Positions 1 through 8,982 of a DNA stretch of 35,609 bases are shown here, one piece after another (positions within the stretch are counted from its first letter, which is position 1; every line of letters starts with the position of its first letter). The notes under the pieces are model-generated. The model had not been told where the DNA came from and made no database searches. It was given only the letters and a program-made list of their open reading frames with translations. The stretch is from sequence record DRR723986_7750; one strand, given 5' to 3'. A program made the translations under genes and the position numbers.

Positions 1-30
1 GAGTTGGTGCGGAAGGGGGGACTTGAACCC
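1..30 (-). repeat. att site: duplicated 3' fragment of a tRNA (probably tRNA-Leu)
   Basis: The minus strand reads GGGTTCAAGTCCCCCCTTCCGCACCA-ACTC (T-loop, acceptor 3' strand, CCA). tRNA similarity stops at position 30, so this is a fragment and not a gene. Confidence 0.85.
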
Positions 31-146
31 ATGATAGCGATGTGTATCGATATTTCCAGAATGTGACTTTAGATCACAAACTATACAGAATTGAAGCCCA
101 CCAAATACTCGGATTTGTAAAGAGAGATAAGAGGTAATAGCCGATT

Positions 147-168
147 AGTGTATGCAATGTGTATGCAG
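147..168 (+). promoter_or_regulatory. Putative integrase arm-type binding sites (left)
   Basis: AGTGTATGCAATGTGTATGCAG contains tandem GTATGCA and matches 35531-35552 at 20 of 22 positions. Confidence 0.7.
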
Positions 169-213
169 TTTTATATATTCAAGCCTGACCACTTGAATAT
201 TGGAGTTCTATTC

Positions 214-1431
214 ATGACGATCAATTTCTACATAAATCGCCCCAGTGCCACCAAAGAGTCAGGAATCTATTTATATGTTCGTGGTATTGCAAAAGGAAAG
301 ACAATTGTAGTGCATACAGGCGAGAGCATCCTTAGCAAGCATTGGGACAAATCTAAGCAACGAGCTAAACGGTCATACATTGGTAGTCCTGAACTCAATA
401 GCTTTTTAGTCAAGATTCAGGAAAGCGTCAAAAAGACCTATCGAACATTAGCACTGGATCAATCCGATTTGGCATTCAACGATGTCAAAAAGGCAATCGA
501 AAAGCTCTTTGCAAACGAGGTTTCAGTTGACTACGAAGCTGAGTTTTTCTCTCGATACGAGGAATTCATTAAAGTTAAAAGCATAAATTGCAAAGCCAAC
601 ACGGTCAATAAGCACAAGTCACTCGTCAACCATCTTCGGCGATTCGCCAAACAGGCCAGCAGACCTATTACCTACGAAAATATTGATCAAGTATTCTACG
701 ATGACTTTTCTGCCTATATGTGGCAGGTTGCTGAGTTGACGAATAATACTTTGGGGAAATATCTGACGGCGTTCAAAACTTTTTTGAATTGGTCGTATGA
801 CCGCAAATTCACATCAAACGTAGACTATAGGAAATACACAATTCCAACTGAGAAAATTGAAATCGTTTACTTAAGTGAGTTGGAGCTGATGCAGTTGTAC
901 GACTTTGACTTTTCAGATTTTCCTACGCTCGAAAAAGTACGAGACGTATTCTGTTTCCAGACATTTACTGGACAAAGATTTTCAGATGTTGCCGACCTTG
1001 AATTTCAAGACACTTATGATGGTGTATGGCACTTGAGAACAACAAAAACAAAGGATGTCCTAAAAATACCTCTTAGTCGGTTTGCTCGGGAGATATTGCA
1101 AAAGTATCAGAGAGCAGAATCACTGCCGATTATGTCACACCAAAAAACGAATCAGTACATCAAAGCTGCATGTGAGCAAGCTGGAATTGTCGCCCCGATA
1201 ACGATCACGCGTTACAGAGCGAAAGAGAAGCTCGTTTTTACAGAACCCAAGTGCAGATTCGTTTCTACTCACACCGCTCGCAGAACCTTCATCACTCTAT
1301 CTTTAGAAAAAGGATTGCGAGCAGAAACCGTAATGAAAATTAGTGGACACACGAGCTACAAGGAATTCAAGAAGTACATCGTTTTGACTGACAAAGTGGC
1401 ACATAATGAAATTCTCAATGCTTGGAGTTAA
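214..1431 (+). CDS. Tyrosine recombinase/integrase (Bacteroidota-type with arm-binding and SAM-like domains)
   Basis: Catalytic set R (GQRFSD), K (TTKTK), HxxR (THTARRT), H (SGH), Y (FKKY). N-terminal 'IYLYV...TGESI...WD' arm domain. ATG at 214 preferred over GTG at 148, which lies within the arm sites. Confidence 0.95.
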   Translation: MTINFYINRPSATKESGIYLYVRGIAKGKTIVVHTGESILSKHWDKSKQRAKRSYIGSPELNSFLVKIQESVKKTYRTLALDQSDLAFNDVKKAIEKLFANEVSVDYEAEFFSRYEEFIKVKSINCKANTVNKHKSLVNHLRRFAKQASRPITYENIDQVFYDDFSAYMWQVAELTNNTLGKYLTAFKTFLNWSYDRKFTSNVDYRKYTIPTEKIEIVYLSELELMQLYDFDFSDFPTLEKVRDVFCFQTFTGQRFSDVADLEFQDTYDGVWHLRTTKTKDVLKIPLSRFAREILQKYQRAESLPIMSHQKTNQYIKAACEQAGIVAPITITRYRAKEKLVFTEPKCRFVSTHTARRTFITLSLEKGLRAETVMKISGHTSYKEFKKYIVLTDKVAHNEILNAWS

Positions 1432-1750
1432 TTGACACTTAGTTTCACTCATAGTACCGAATTTGAGTGTCACAATCGAATAGTAAGTGCCAAACCCCAC
1501 CTAATAATCAATCCAACGCCTTCTCATTGTAACCAGTCAGCCAGTGCGTCAAGGTCGTTCCACTCTCTTGACTTTCTGGCTTTGCCTGGTTTTTCAATGA
1601 GGCGTTTCGTATTTCTTAACTCTATCGAATAATGCGATTTATCATGCTCGTTTTTGTGTTCGAATCCTACGTTTTGATGGTTTGCAAGAGGTTGGATAAA
1701 GGATAGAAGAGCTACCTGAGAGATCTAATATTACTTTTAACTTTATTCAA

Positions 1751-2119
1751 ATGGATATTAAAACTAGACTGCTAATGGATTTACTGAAATGCAGCGAACC
1801 AGATATCGAGTTGATATGCAAGCTTGCTGAGACCTACGATAAGAAGTTCAACATTGACTTTTTCTTTCGGAATTGTTTCCGGGAACGCTGCAACACCGTC
1901 GAAGCCAGGAGAGACCACGTAATTGACTATTTTGCCCAGACTAAGATCAATACTTTCATCCGTGAGTACCTGACTGATATCGACCACATAACGGAGAGTG
2001 CGAGCTTGAACTTCAAACACGACATCTACATTGAAGGGCAAGGGCATGCCGACATTGTGTTTCACGATGAAGGCATCCAAAAAGCGTACAAAAGCTGGAA
2101 TGACAAACAGCCGATCTGA
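1751..2119 (+). CDS. Hypothetical protein, paralog of 6635-7027
   Basis: 122-aa ATG ORF followed by a terminator; aligns by eye with 6635-7027. Confidence 0.75.
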   Translation: MDIKTRLLMDLLKCSEPDIELICKLAETYDKKFNIDFFFRNCFRERCNTVEARRDHVIDYFAQTKINTFIREYLTDIDHITESASLNFKHDIYIEGQGHADIVFHDEGIQKAYKSWNDKQPI

Positions 2120-2148
2120 TACACTTCAGATAAAAATTGTTCGAATAG

Positions 2149-2177
2149 AGCCGGGCTTAGCCCCCGGCTTTTTCTTT
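2149..2177 (+). terminator. Rho-independent terminator
   Basis: AGCCGGG-loop-CCCGGCT stem followed by TTTTCTTT. Confidence 0.75.
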
Positions 2178-2289
2178 GTCGCCATTATAGATCCGAGAAA
2201 TGCCCAATGCAGAGTTGGTTGAATCCATGCAACTATTTCGAGACACCGACGTCCCATACAATTAACCACGTACCTTGTAGAGTTTGTTA

Positions 2290-2385
2290 AGCAAGTTTGG
2301 ATGTGTGCATGCACAGGACTTCGTCCTGACATTTCACACCCTAACTTGCTCAAGAGGGACGTGGTGAAACACCACCGTTCCCCCT
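2290..2385. promoter_or_regulatory. Putative origin of transfer (oriT)
   Basis: Directly upstream of mobC. Inverted repeat AGCAAGTT...AACTTGCT encloses palindrome TGTGCATGCACA and hairpin CAGGAC-TTC-GTCCTG; a second hairpin GTGGTG-AAA-CACCAC follows. Confidence 0.6.
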
Positions 2386-2433
2386 TAAGAATCCCCCAAA
2401 ACAACCTGATCGAAAACAAGGCGTGGAACACCC

Positions 2434-2859
2434 ATGACTCAATCTCCTACACCAAAAACAGACCGTCGTGAGTATTACCGAGAGTACCGAAAGCGAAACA
2501 AGCATAAGTGGAAAAGAGTGACCGTTACACTCACCACTGACGAGTATCAGAGATTTAACAAACTGGCACTGAGGGAAAGTCGAACAGTACCGGAACAGAT
2601 CAAGCTGATGGCACTAACAGAATTCACGAACATCCGACCGGCACCTCGTGAATTGGTCGTAACGGTAAAAGACGCCATCCGTGAACTGAGGAGAATTGGC
2701 AACAATGTGAATCAGTTGACCAAACGAGTCCATTCAGAGCGAGGCGGTATATTTAGAAGACATCTTCGACAGGCACCGGAGCTTCTCCGAACGACTATAG
2801 CGGAGCTTAATCAGATTGAAAGTTCGATCCGTTCAACCATCAATTCCACGAACGAATGA
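2434..2859 (+). CDS. mobC: Relaxosome accessory protein MobC
   Basis: Ribbon-helix-helix-like 'VTVTLTTDEY' and MobC signature 'ELRRIGNNVNQL'; stop overlaps the relaxase start (ATGA). Confidence 0.88.
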   Translation: MTQSPTPKTDRREYYREYRKRNKHKWKRVTVTLTTDEYQRFNKLALRESRTVPEQIKLMALTEFTNIRPAPRELVVTVKDAIRELRRIGNNVNQLTKRVHSERGGIFRRHLRQAPELLRTTIAELNQIESSIRSTINSTNE

Positions 2860-3716
2860 TTATCAAATCACTCTCCCGGAAGGTTCCGTCATTCGGTCAA
2901 CTCTATGCCTATATCCAAGACGGAAGTCGAGGGGTGGAAGAAGATTTTTTCAGCCGAAATTTGAATGTTTCTGACCTCTCGGATACTGGACAAGTTGAGT
3001 TTCGATTCAATGAGAATTATGATGCCCTACGCAAAAAGCAGCAGGGAAATGCTCTTTATCACGAGGTCATTTCCCTTTCGCATCACCCAGACATAAATCA
3101 GGATAGACAGCGTGATCTCTTGCATGAAATTGGGGAATTCTATTTGCAGCAGCGTGGCGATGACTTATTGGCATTTGCCGGAGTCCATTTTGAGACTGAC
3201 CATGTACACTTGCATATCATGATATCGAGCAACAACGTTATGGAGACCAACCGCCATGTTTTGTCGAAAGCTCAGTTTCGCCAAGCCCAGATCAAGACCG
3301 AGCGAATGGTACAAGAGCGGTTTCCGGAGCTGAATGAGCCAACATTGTATCAGACCAAGGAGCGAGCGAAAACGAAACGAATGGGAGAAAAGGAGTACCA
3401 GTTGGTGAAGCGAACGAAGCAGTCTTCCAAGAAGCAGGAATTGACGAAGCATTTGGGAGTGATTTTTCGGGAGGCTCGTTCGATTGACGATATGATGGAA
3501 AGGCTCAAAAGCCAAGATATTGAACTGTACAAGCGTGGACAGTCCGTTTCTGTCAAAGTGAATGGCGTGCGGTATCGGTTGAAGAAACTAGGATTGGAAG
3601 CTGAGTTTACGAAAACCGTAACCGGATTGGAAAGAAGCGAGTTGCGGAGGCAAGAAATCGAGAAGACGGCTCTAAAGCGTAGCCAGCGGGACAGAAATGT
3701 CGAACGAAAGCGATAG
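2856..3716 (+). CDS. Relaxase/mobilization nuclease (MOBP/VirD2-like)
   Basis: N-terminal Tyr (LYAYI), 'YHEVISL' motif II and HUH motif 'HFETDHVHLHIMIS'. Confidence 0.9.
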   Translation: MIIKSLSRKVPSFGQLYAYIQDGSRGVEEDFFSRNLNVSDLSDTGQVEFRFNENYDALRKKQQGNALYHEVISLSHHPDINQDRQRDLLHEIGEFYLQQRGDDLLAFAGVHFETDHVHLHIMISSNNVMETNRHVLSKAQFRQAQIKTERMVQERFPELNEPTLYQTKERAKTKRMGEKEYQLVKRTKQSSKKQELTKHLGVIFREARSIDDMMERLKSQDIELYKRGQSVSVKVNGVRYRLKKLGLEAEFTKTVTGLERSELRRQEIEKTALKRSQRDRNVERKR

Positions 3717-3822
3717 ATCGACTGAGTAACATGCAGTAATAGTAATGCCAACCTGAATTCCTATAAATTTGATTATTTTCGTGAGACGCCATTTCTACTT
3801 AAAAACTGTTACGAGGCTATAA

Positions 3823-4575
3823 ATGGATCTCACGGGAGAACTAGTTGCAGGAATCATCGGAGCATTTATCGCTGCACTGATAGGAGTGATCTGGAAAATC
3901 TGGATTCCTAACGCTGTTAAAAATCGTTTTTCTAAAGAACTAGCCGAATACAAGCGAAAGCAAGATGAGCAATTGGAGACCCACAAACGTAATCTACAAA
4001 TTTCATCGGAGAGATTAAAGGCACATACTTCTAATCAAATTACCGCTCTTAATCAGGTGCGATCTTTACTTAGAGAATTACATAAAAAGGTGATGAAATT
4101 TCATTTTCTTGGAATTGTGAGAATGGAATTTCTAAAGATTGTGAAAAAGCACTATCAACCTAACTCCCCATTGCCTGCAGGTTGGACAATTAGCGAAGAA
4201 TTAGTCTGGGGAACGATGCTTCCTAAGGCAGTGCTTTTCGAACCACTTGATGAAGATATCGAAACGCAACGAATCAAATTATGTGAATTGATAATGGATG
4301 AAATCGTTCCACAGCATTTGGCGTTAGTTGTGTACTTGAAGTCCGAAGGCGAGTTCTATTTAGGGCGGGAGATTTACGACACTATTGAGAGCTATATGAA
4401 TCTTTGTCATACTATGGTCAATGAAGTGTTCTTAGACACCCCGTCAAAATTTGACGAGGAATCTCTTTCCACACATCTCAACGCTATAACAGTAGTCTAC
4501 CGAAAATTGCACTCTGATATTGGTTCAATATATAAAGCTGAATCGGGACAGCCAGATTCTCAACCAGAAAACTAA
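3823..4575 (+). CDS. Hypothetical membrane-anchored protein
   Basis: 250-aa ORF with an N-terminal hydrophobic helix followed by a coiled-coil-like segment. Confidence 0.75.
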   Translation: MDLTGELVAGIIGAFIAALIGVIWKIWIPNAVKNRFSKELAEYKRKQDEQLETHKRNLQISSERLKAHTSNQITALNQVRSLLRELHKKVMKFHFLGIVRMEFLKIVKKHYQPNSPLPAGWTISEELVWGTMLPKAVLFEPLDEDIETQRIKLCELIMDEIVPQHLALVVYLKSEGEFYLGREIYDTIESYMNLCHTMVNEVFLDTPSKFDEESLSTHLNAITVVYRKLHSDIGSIYKAESGQPDSQPEN

Positions 4576-4586
4576 TATCGGATACA

Positions 4587-4823
4587 TTACAACCGTATTC
4601 TCCGATCAAACGGAGCTTTCTTCCTCCGCTCATCCTGCAACCGCTCCACATCTCTCACCAAGAATATCCGGCCACTCTCTGTTGCAAAATACTGCAATCC
4701 GCCCTTAGTGACCGGGCGTCGAGTCAAAGTCTCCAAATACTGATACGAAATACCCAAAAACCGACAAGCTTCACCGCTGGAATAAAGAGACTTTGAGTAT
4801 TCGTTGGATTGTCGTCCGTTCAT
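4587..4823 (-). CDS. Small excisionase/MerR-like HTH DNA-binding protein
   Basis: 'LYSSGEACRFLGISYQYL...GRIFLVRDVERL' matches the HTH_17-like pattern. Confidence 0.75.
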   Translation of the reverse strand: MNGRQSNEYSKSLYSSGEACRFLGISYQYLETLTRRPVTKGGLQYFATESGRIFLVRDVERLQDERRKKAPFDRRIRL

Positions 4824-4936
4824 CGTGATTCAATTTTAGATCACGGACAATTGATCGTATAGTTGAAACATTTAACATTCTCGACAAAACCGATTCACTC
4901 GACAAGTTTTAAGTGTGATCCTTTTTGAGCCCCTGA

Positions 4937-5012
4937 TGGTGGAAGCGACGAGAGTCGAACTCGCATCTCGTGGGTGACGAGCCGACGTGTTTTACCATTA
5001 AACTACACCCCC
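4937..5012 (-). tRNA. Non-canonical tRNA-like RNA (ambiguous anticodon CGT or GTC; possibly a pseudo-tRNA)
   Basis: 76 nt: GGGGGTG TA GTTT-AATGGTA-AAAC A CGTCGG-CTCGTCA-CCCACG AGAT GCGAG-TTCGACT-CTCGT CGCTTCC A CCA. D arm, T arm and CCA are intact; the anticodon arm is 2 nt too long. Confidence 0.75.
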
Positions 5013-5046
5013 CCAGAAATCCATCAGAGGCGTGAATTATGGTATC

Positions 5047-5074
5047 AAAAAGCCCTGCGTTAGCAAGGCTTTTT
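5047..5074. terminator. Bidirectional terminator-like hairpin
   Basis: AAAAAGCCCTGC-GTTA-GCAAGGCTTTTT. Confidence 0.7.
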
Positions 5075-5369
5075 GTCGTCACCCACGATATGTAGTTTAA
5101 CTACACGCCGGTTGTACCTAGAGTATACGCCAAGTGAATCGAGGCGTCAAGATCAGAGTTTGTGTTTTTCTGACCTTGCTGTTTGGCTTGGTTTAGTCTT
5201 TGTTGTAACCCTTCAATGTTTTTGCCACATCCCGATGGCTACGATTGTATCGCTCTTTGAATGTTCAACATGTCAATATGGGGGATGCGATGGATCGTAG
5301 TTGCACCTGTTGTTTCAAGAATATGATCTGCCTAATCAATTTACCGTCGAACCTTGTGAGGAGTTCTCT

Positions 5370-5849
5370 ATGAATTTCTTCAAAGACATTGCCACAGAGG
5401 ACGAAGCAAAACGACTGTATCGAGAGTTGTGTCTGAAACACCATCCTGATGTCGGTGGTGTAACCAAAACCATGCAGACGATCAATGCTCAGTACCGAGA
5501 GCTACTTGAAAAACTCAAACGCAGCTCAGGCATGGTGGATGAAGATGTTGTGGATGAAATGGAAATCGAACAAGAAATCATCGACCAAATCGGGAAGATC
5601 GTGTCCGTTACAGGAATTACAATTGAAATTGCTGGTCGATGGATATGGGTGACTGGAAATACATTTATACACAGAATTCAATTGAAAGAATCCGGCTACT
5701 TTTTCGCCCCGAAAAAGAAGTGCTGGTATTGGCGTTCGCAAAACGAAAAGTCGCACAATCGATCGCCAAAGCCACTGTCTTGGATTCGTGAGAAATATGG
5801 CTCGGTAGAGTATGGCAAAGAAGTAAACGAGAAGACACTGAAAAACTGA
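5370..5849 (+). CDS. J-domain (DnaJ-like) protein of the mobile-element type
   Basis: 'YRELCLKHHPDVGG...MQTINAQY' HPD motif, followed by 'GRWIWVTGNT...LKESGYFF..KKKCWYW'. ATG at 5370 follows GAGGAG. Confidence 0.85.
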   Translation: MNFFKDIATEDEAKRLYRELCLKHHPDVGGVTKTMQTINAQYRELLEKLKRSSGMVDEDVVDEMEIEQEIIDQIGKIVSVTGITIEIAGRWIWVTGNTFIHRIQLKESGYFFAPKKKCWYWRSQNEKSHNRSPKPLSWIREKYGSVEYGKEVNEKTLKN

Positions 5850-5915
5850 GACATCGGAGCAGTGATAAAAGCATTGTCATGTGAAACTTTAAACAAATGA
5901 GAGGAATAATCAGTT

Positions 5916-6293
5916 ATGAAAGTGTTCGAATTTCCAACCACTCCAATGCCTGGCGACGCAGTTCAGTTTGTCGGTGCGAGACGACGCTCTGCCAGCTGTT
6001 ACGATGTTCTGGGAGTGCTTAAGGGAACGATCGGAATAGCTCAGCAGAAATACTCAGTTGCGTTACAGCAGACCGCTGAATCGGAGAATGATCTTGCTTG
6101 TTGTACCGCATTTACCGATGCTAAAATTACCGTTGGAATCACAATCTCGGGAATCTCAATTTCTGACTTGGTGTTTACTGGTGTTTCATGTCCCGTTCCG
6201 TCTTGGTGGTGGAACAATGTCATCAACGCCCGAGAATGCTGCATGCTCAAAGATACGGTCCCCCTCTGGAGTTGGCATGGTCGAATCTGCTGA
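5916..6293 (+). CDS. Hypothetical protein
   Basis: ATG ORF with upstream GAGGA, co-oriented with the J-domain gene; no motif recognised. Confidence 0.55.
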   Translation: MKVFEFPTTPMPGDAVQFVGARRRSASCYDVLGVLKGTIGIAQQKYSVALQQTAESENDLACCTAFTDAKITVGITISGISISDLVFTGVSCPVPSWWWNNVINARECCMLKDTVPLWSWHGRIC

Positions 6294-6634
6294 AGAGCGT
6301 TTGTGCAATCAATCAATGAAATCGAGGTTTCATACGATTCTTGCCAAATTTCCATCAAAGCCTTGTTCATATTTGCAACAAGGCTTTTTCTCTGTAGAAC
6401 CATGAGCTTTACGCTCAAAGTCCGTTTCGGTCAATGAATGTGCCTATGACGCACTGCCGACCGGCAAAGCTGTTTGTCGGAGCGTAAGTTCGCGTCATGA
6501 GAAAGGGATTCGAATAAATGCTTGCCACGATACCAGTCGCAGCCAAAAAGCAATGTCGGACAAGCCTATACATGGCTTTTTGGCCTTCATCGACTGGTTC
6601 TGGAGTGGCACATAATTCGTAATCAATTATTCTC

Positions 6635-7027
6635 ATGATATCCGCTTCACAACAGTTTCTCTGCGACACCTTGCAATGCGGTCAAAGAGACATCGACTAT
6701 CTCGATCATCTGATTGACCGATACGACCTCCGTTTTTCGATCCAAGATGTTCTCAATTCCCACAAAAGCCGTGTTGTTGTTAATATTAATCATGTCATTC
6801 GAGCGGCTTACGAACTGGTGGCTGAATCATTCTGGCAACAAAACAAAGTTGCGATTCGGAAAGTAACAGGATGCTACAATATTTTGGATGTCGAATATGA
6901 CATCCATACCAATTTTGCTGACAGTCGCATTTGGTTCACCGATTCTGCGGTTCACGCCTTGTTTACTCAATGGGATCCACGGGCGTGTACAACTATCCAA
7001 AAACGAGTAGCGGTGCTTTGTCGTTGA
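6635..7027 (+). CDS. Hypothetical protein, paralog of 1751-2119
   Basis: Shares 'D.L.C...DI.....L...YD..F.I' and 'DI.......I.F.D......W' with 1751-2119. Confidence 0.75.
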   Translation: MISASQQFLCDTLQCGQRDIDYLDHLIDRYDLRFSIQDVLNSHKSRVVVNINHVIRAAYELVAESFWQQNKVAIRKVTGCYNILDVEYDIHTNFADSRIWFTDSAVHALFTQWDPRACTTIQKRVAVLCR

Positions 7028-7185
7028 TTGGCTGGTAAATAATACTTGACAAAATTATGATTAAGTATAACGTTTAATCAGATACAGGCTCTTTTACATT
7101 TCTTGATCGGATTATTGCTTTGCCTCCATGAGAAAACTGAAAGGAGGTAATGCTGGTAATCCGAACTCGACTTAAAGGAGTAGCT

Positions 7186-7392
7186 ATGAAAGAGTTATTG
7201 TGCTTGCTGGCCCCGATTAACTTCTGGGTTATCGCACTGTTATCTTTTGCACTTGCCTATTTACTTTCACCGGATGATGCTCTAGGAGTGTCAATTATTT
7301 ATGGCTTGATTCTCTGTTTTCTGGTGGAGCCTTTGATAAGTCTCAATAAATACCTAGATCGAATTTGCCGTCAAAGAGATGATATCGCCTAA
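7186..7392 (+). CDS. Small two-helix membrane protein
   Basis: AAGGAG RBS before the ATG at 7186; two hydrophobic segments. Confidence 0.6.
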   Translation: MKELLCLLAPINFWVIALLSFALAYLLSPDDALGVSIIYGLILCFLVEPLISLNKYLDRICRQRDDIA

Positions 7393-7426
7393 TCCTGCCC
7401 TAAACTGTATCAGCAAGCCCTTTCAC

Positions 7427-8071
7427 TTAGAAAGGGTTTTTTCTCATATCTTCAAAGTTTCGCTGGTAAAGGATTATTTCTATTCTTCGTCGGGCGGAAC
7501 TTGAATCTGTATCTACGTCGAATATTAGGAGGTGATTCGTATCGATTATCTGTCCAGCAGAGTAGGGCAGCCAGTAGCGAATAGATTTTAGATATCCGAA
7601 TTGTCGTCGCTTTTTTAGTACGTTGATAATGGCAACTGCTCGCATCATCCCAAGATCGACATTACTTCCCATTTGCATTAAAGAATCGGGTGCCGAACCC
7701 GAGAGAGTTTTGTAAAGCATGGTATCGAGATTGGACTGCTTATGTCGTCTGTAAGACTTGAGAACGGGTGCCCCATCAGTGTGCCCAATAACCATGATCG
7801 CATCAAAGCCGTGGTCTCGACTTTTTTGGTCGAGCAATGGTATATAGACCTTGTCAAGCGAGTCTATGAAATTCTTTTTTGGACGAGCGGAAGCAAAGTC
7901 AAACCGAAAGTTGTCATTTTCAGGAAAGACCAAAATTGCTGGATGGACGTTTGTGTTCTCGTCACCTTTAGAAATCAGTTTGAGTGTTTGTTCGCGAAAT
8001 GCAAGAGCAACAACAAAGAAAATGAAAGTAAGAACAATAAATAGCTCGGATCGTTGCATGAGTTGTGTCAA
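7427..8071 (-). CDS. MotB/ZorB-like protein with an OmpA-like peptidoglycan-binding domain
   Basis: Single N-terminal TM helix preceded by an acidic residue (SELF), 'F.F.SA', 'VIGHTDG', 'N.DLGMMRA.AI' and 'RRRIEI'. Start overlaps the upstream stop. Confidence 0.85.
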   Translation of the reverse strand: MTQLMQRSELFIVLTFIFFVVALAFREQTLKLISKGDENTNVHPAILVFPENDNFRFDFASARPKKNFIDSLDKVYIPLLDQKSRDHGFDAIMVIGHTDGAPVLKSYRRHKQSNLDTMLYKTLSGSAPDSLMQMGSNVDLGMMRAVAIINVLKKRRQFGYLKSIRYWLPYSAGQIIDTNHLLIFDVDTDSSSARRRIEIILYQRNFEDMRKNPF

Positions 8072-8982
8072 GATTTTACTCTCTCGGATTCGGCTTTAAC
8101 GAGATCAAACAATATCTTAAACTCCTCCACGAGCAAGGAAGATTCATCAATGTATTTTCGAAAGGTTTTCACAGAGGTGCGGGACGTACCGAGTTCCTTA
8201 CCCAATTCGGCGGACATAGTTTTTATTGACTTCAATGCGTCGTTGAGTGGCTCAGTGAAACTGCTTTTAAGTTCTGTTGATGTTGTTTCCAAAACGGTCT
8301 TCATACTTAAGAGAGTTTCTTTCATAGAATTGAGCGTCTCGGACAGGTGAGTCGTCAAATCATGTAGATTGGATTCAAGATGGACAGTTCCACTGCTGGC
8401 CTCTTCATACATTTTTCTCTGTCGTTTGTTTAGATTTTCAAATTCGTACGTACCTCTTTTGATGGTTTCCAGATATTCATCTTGTACGGATCGAAGTTCC
8501 TTCGAAAATGTGTGGAAGTCAGCCATCAAACCCTTCATGGCCCCGAGGACGTCCGTTTCTTTTGATTCTCTGTATTTGTGACTGATAAGGCTGCTAAAAA
8601 ACCAACCGACAATACTCGTAAGAAGGGAAAGAGCAAGCGGTCCTACAAAATGACCTATGTCAAAATTGACATGTCGAAGGTCGAAAATAGCAATCGAAAA
8701 TCCGATCAGGGTATACAAGTAGCCAAATGTACCTATATATCCGCTGAATGATTTGTACGCATTCTCGGGAACAGATATGAAAAATTCGCTATCAAACACT
8801 TCTTTCTTTACATAAAAGTAGCCACGGATTATGGTCGATAGACTGATGGCCGTTAAGAACGGAACAAGCCAAGGTAAGTACCAGACAAATGAAAAGATGA
8901 GAAGTCCCCCTCCAAGTCCGAGGACGATAAAGTAGCCTCTCCGAATCACCTTTTCAGCATGTTGAATATCGCCTAACCTCAT
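8068..8982 (-). CDS. MotA/ExbB/ZorA-like membrane protein with a helical cytoplasmic tail
   Basis: TM pair 'GTFGYLYTLIGFSIAI' and 'LALSLLTSIVG' fits the MotA/TolQ/ExbB pattern, followed by a ~170-aa heptad-rich tail; coupled to the MotB-like gene. Confidence 0.75.
   Translation of the reverse strand: MRLGDIQHAEKVIRRGYFIVLGLGGGLLIFSFVWYLPWLVPFLTAISLSTIIRGYFYVKKEVFDSEFFISVPENAYKSFSGYIGTFGYLYTLIGFSIAIFDLRHVNFDIGHFVGPLALSLLTSIVGWFFSSLISHKYRESKETDVLGAMKGLMADFHTFSKELRSVQDEYLETIKRGTYEFENLNKRQRKMYEEASSGTVHLESNLHDLTTHLSETLNSMKETLLSMKTVLETTSTELKSSFTEPLNDALKSIKTMSAELGKELGTSRTSVKTFRKYIDESSLLVEEFKILFDLVKAESERVKS

Noticed and set aside
5-30. Intact tRNA gene at the left end
   Set aside because: Only the T-loop and acceptor 3' strand are present; there is no D or anticodon arm.
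148-213. N-terminal extension of the integrase from the GTG at 148
   Set aside because: It overlaps the arm-type repeats, and the recognisable domain begins at the ATG at 214.
4937-5012. tmRNA (GGGGG...TCCACCA ends with G3.U70)
   Set aside because: It is only 76 nt, has a paired D arm, and has no tag reading frame or pseudoknot region.
7427-8982. Flagellar motAB
   Set aside because: No flagellar context, a long helical tail on the A subunit, and coupling to a vWA gene in island cargo.
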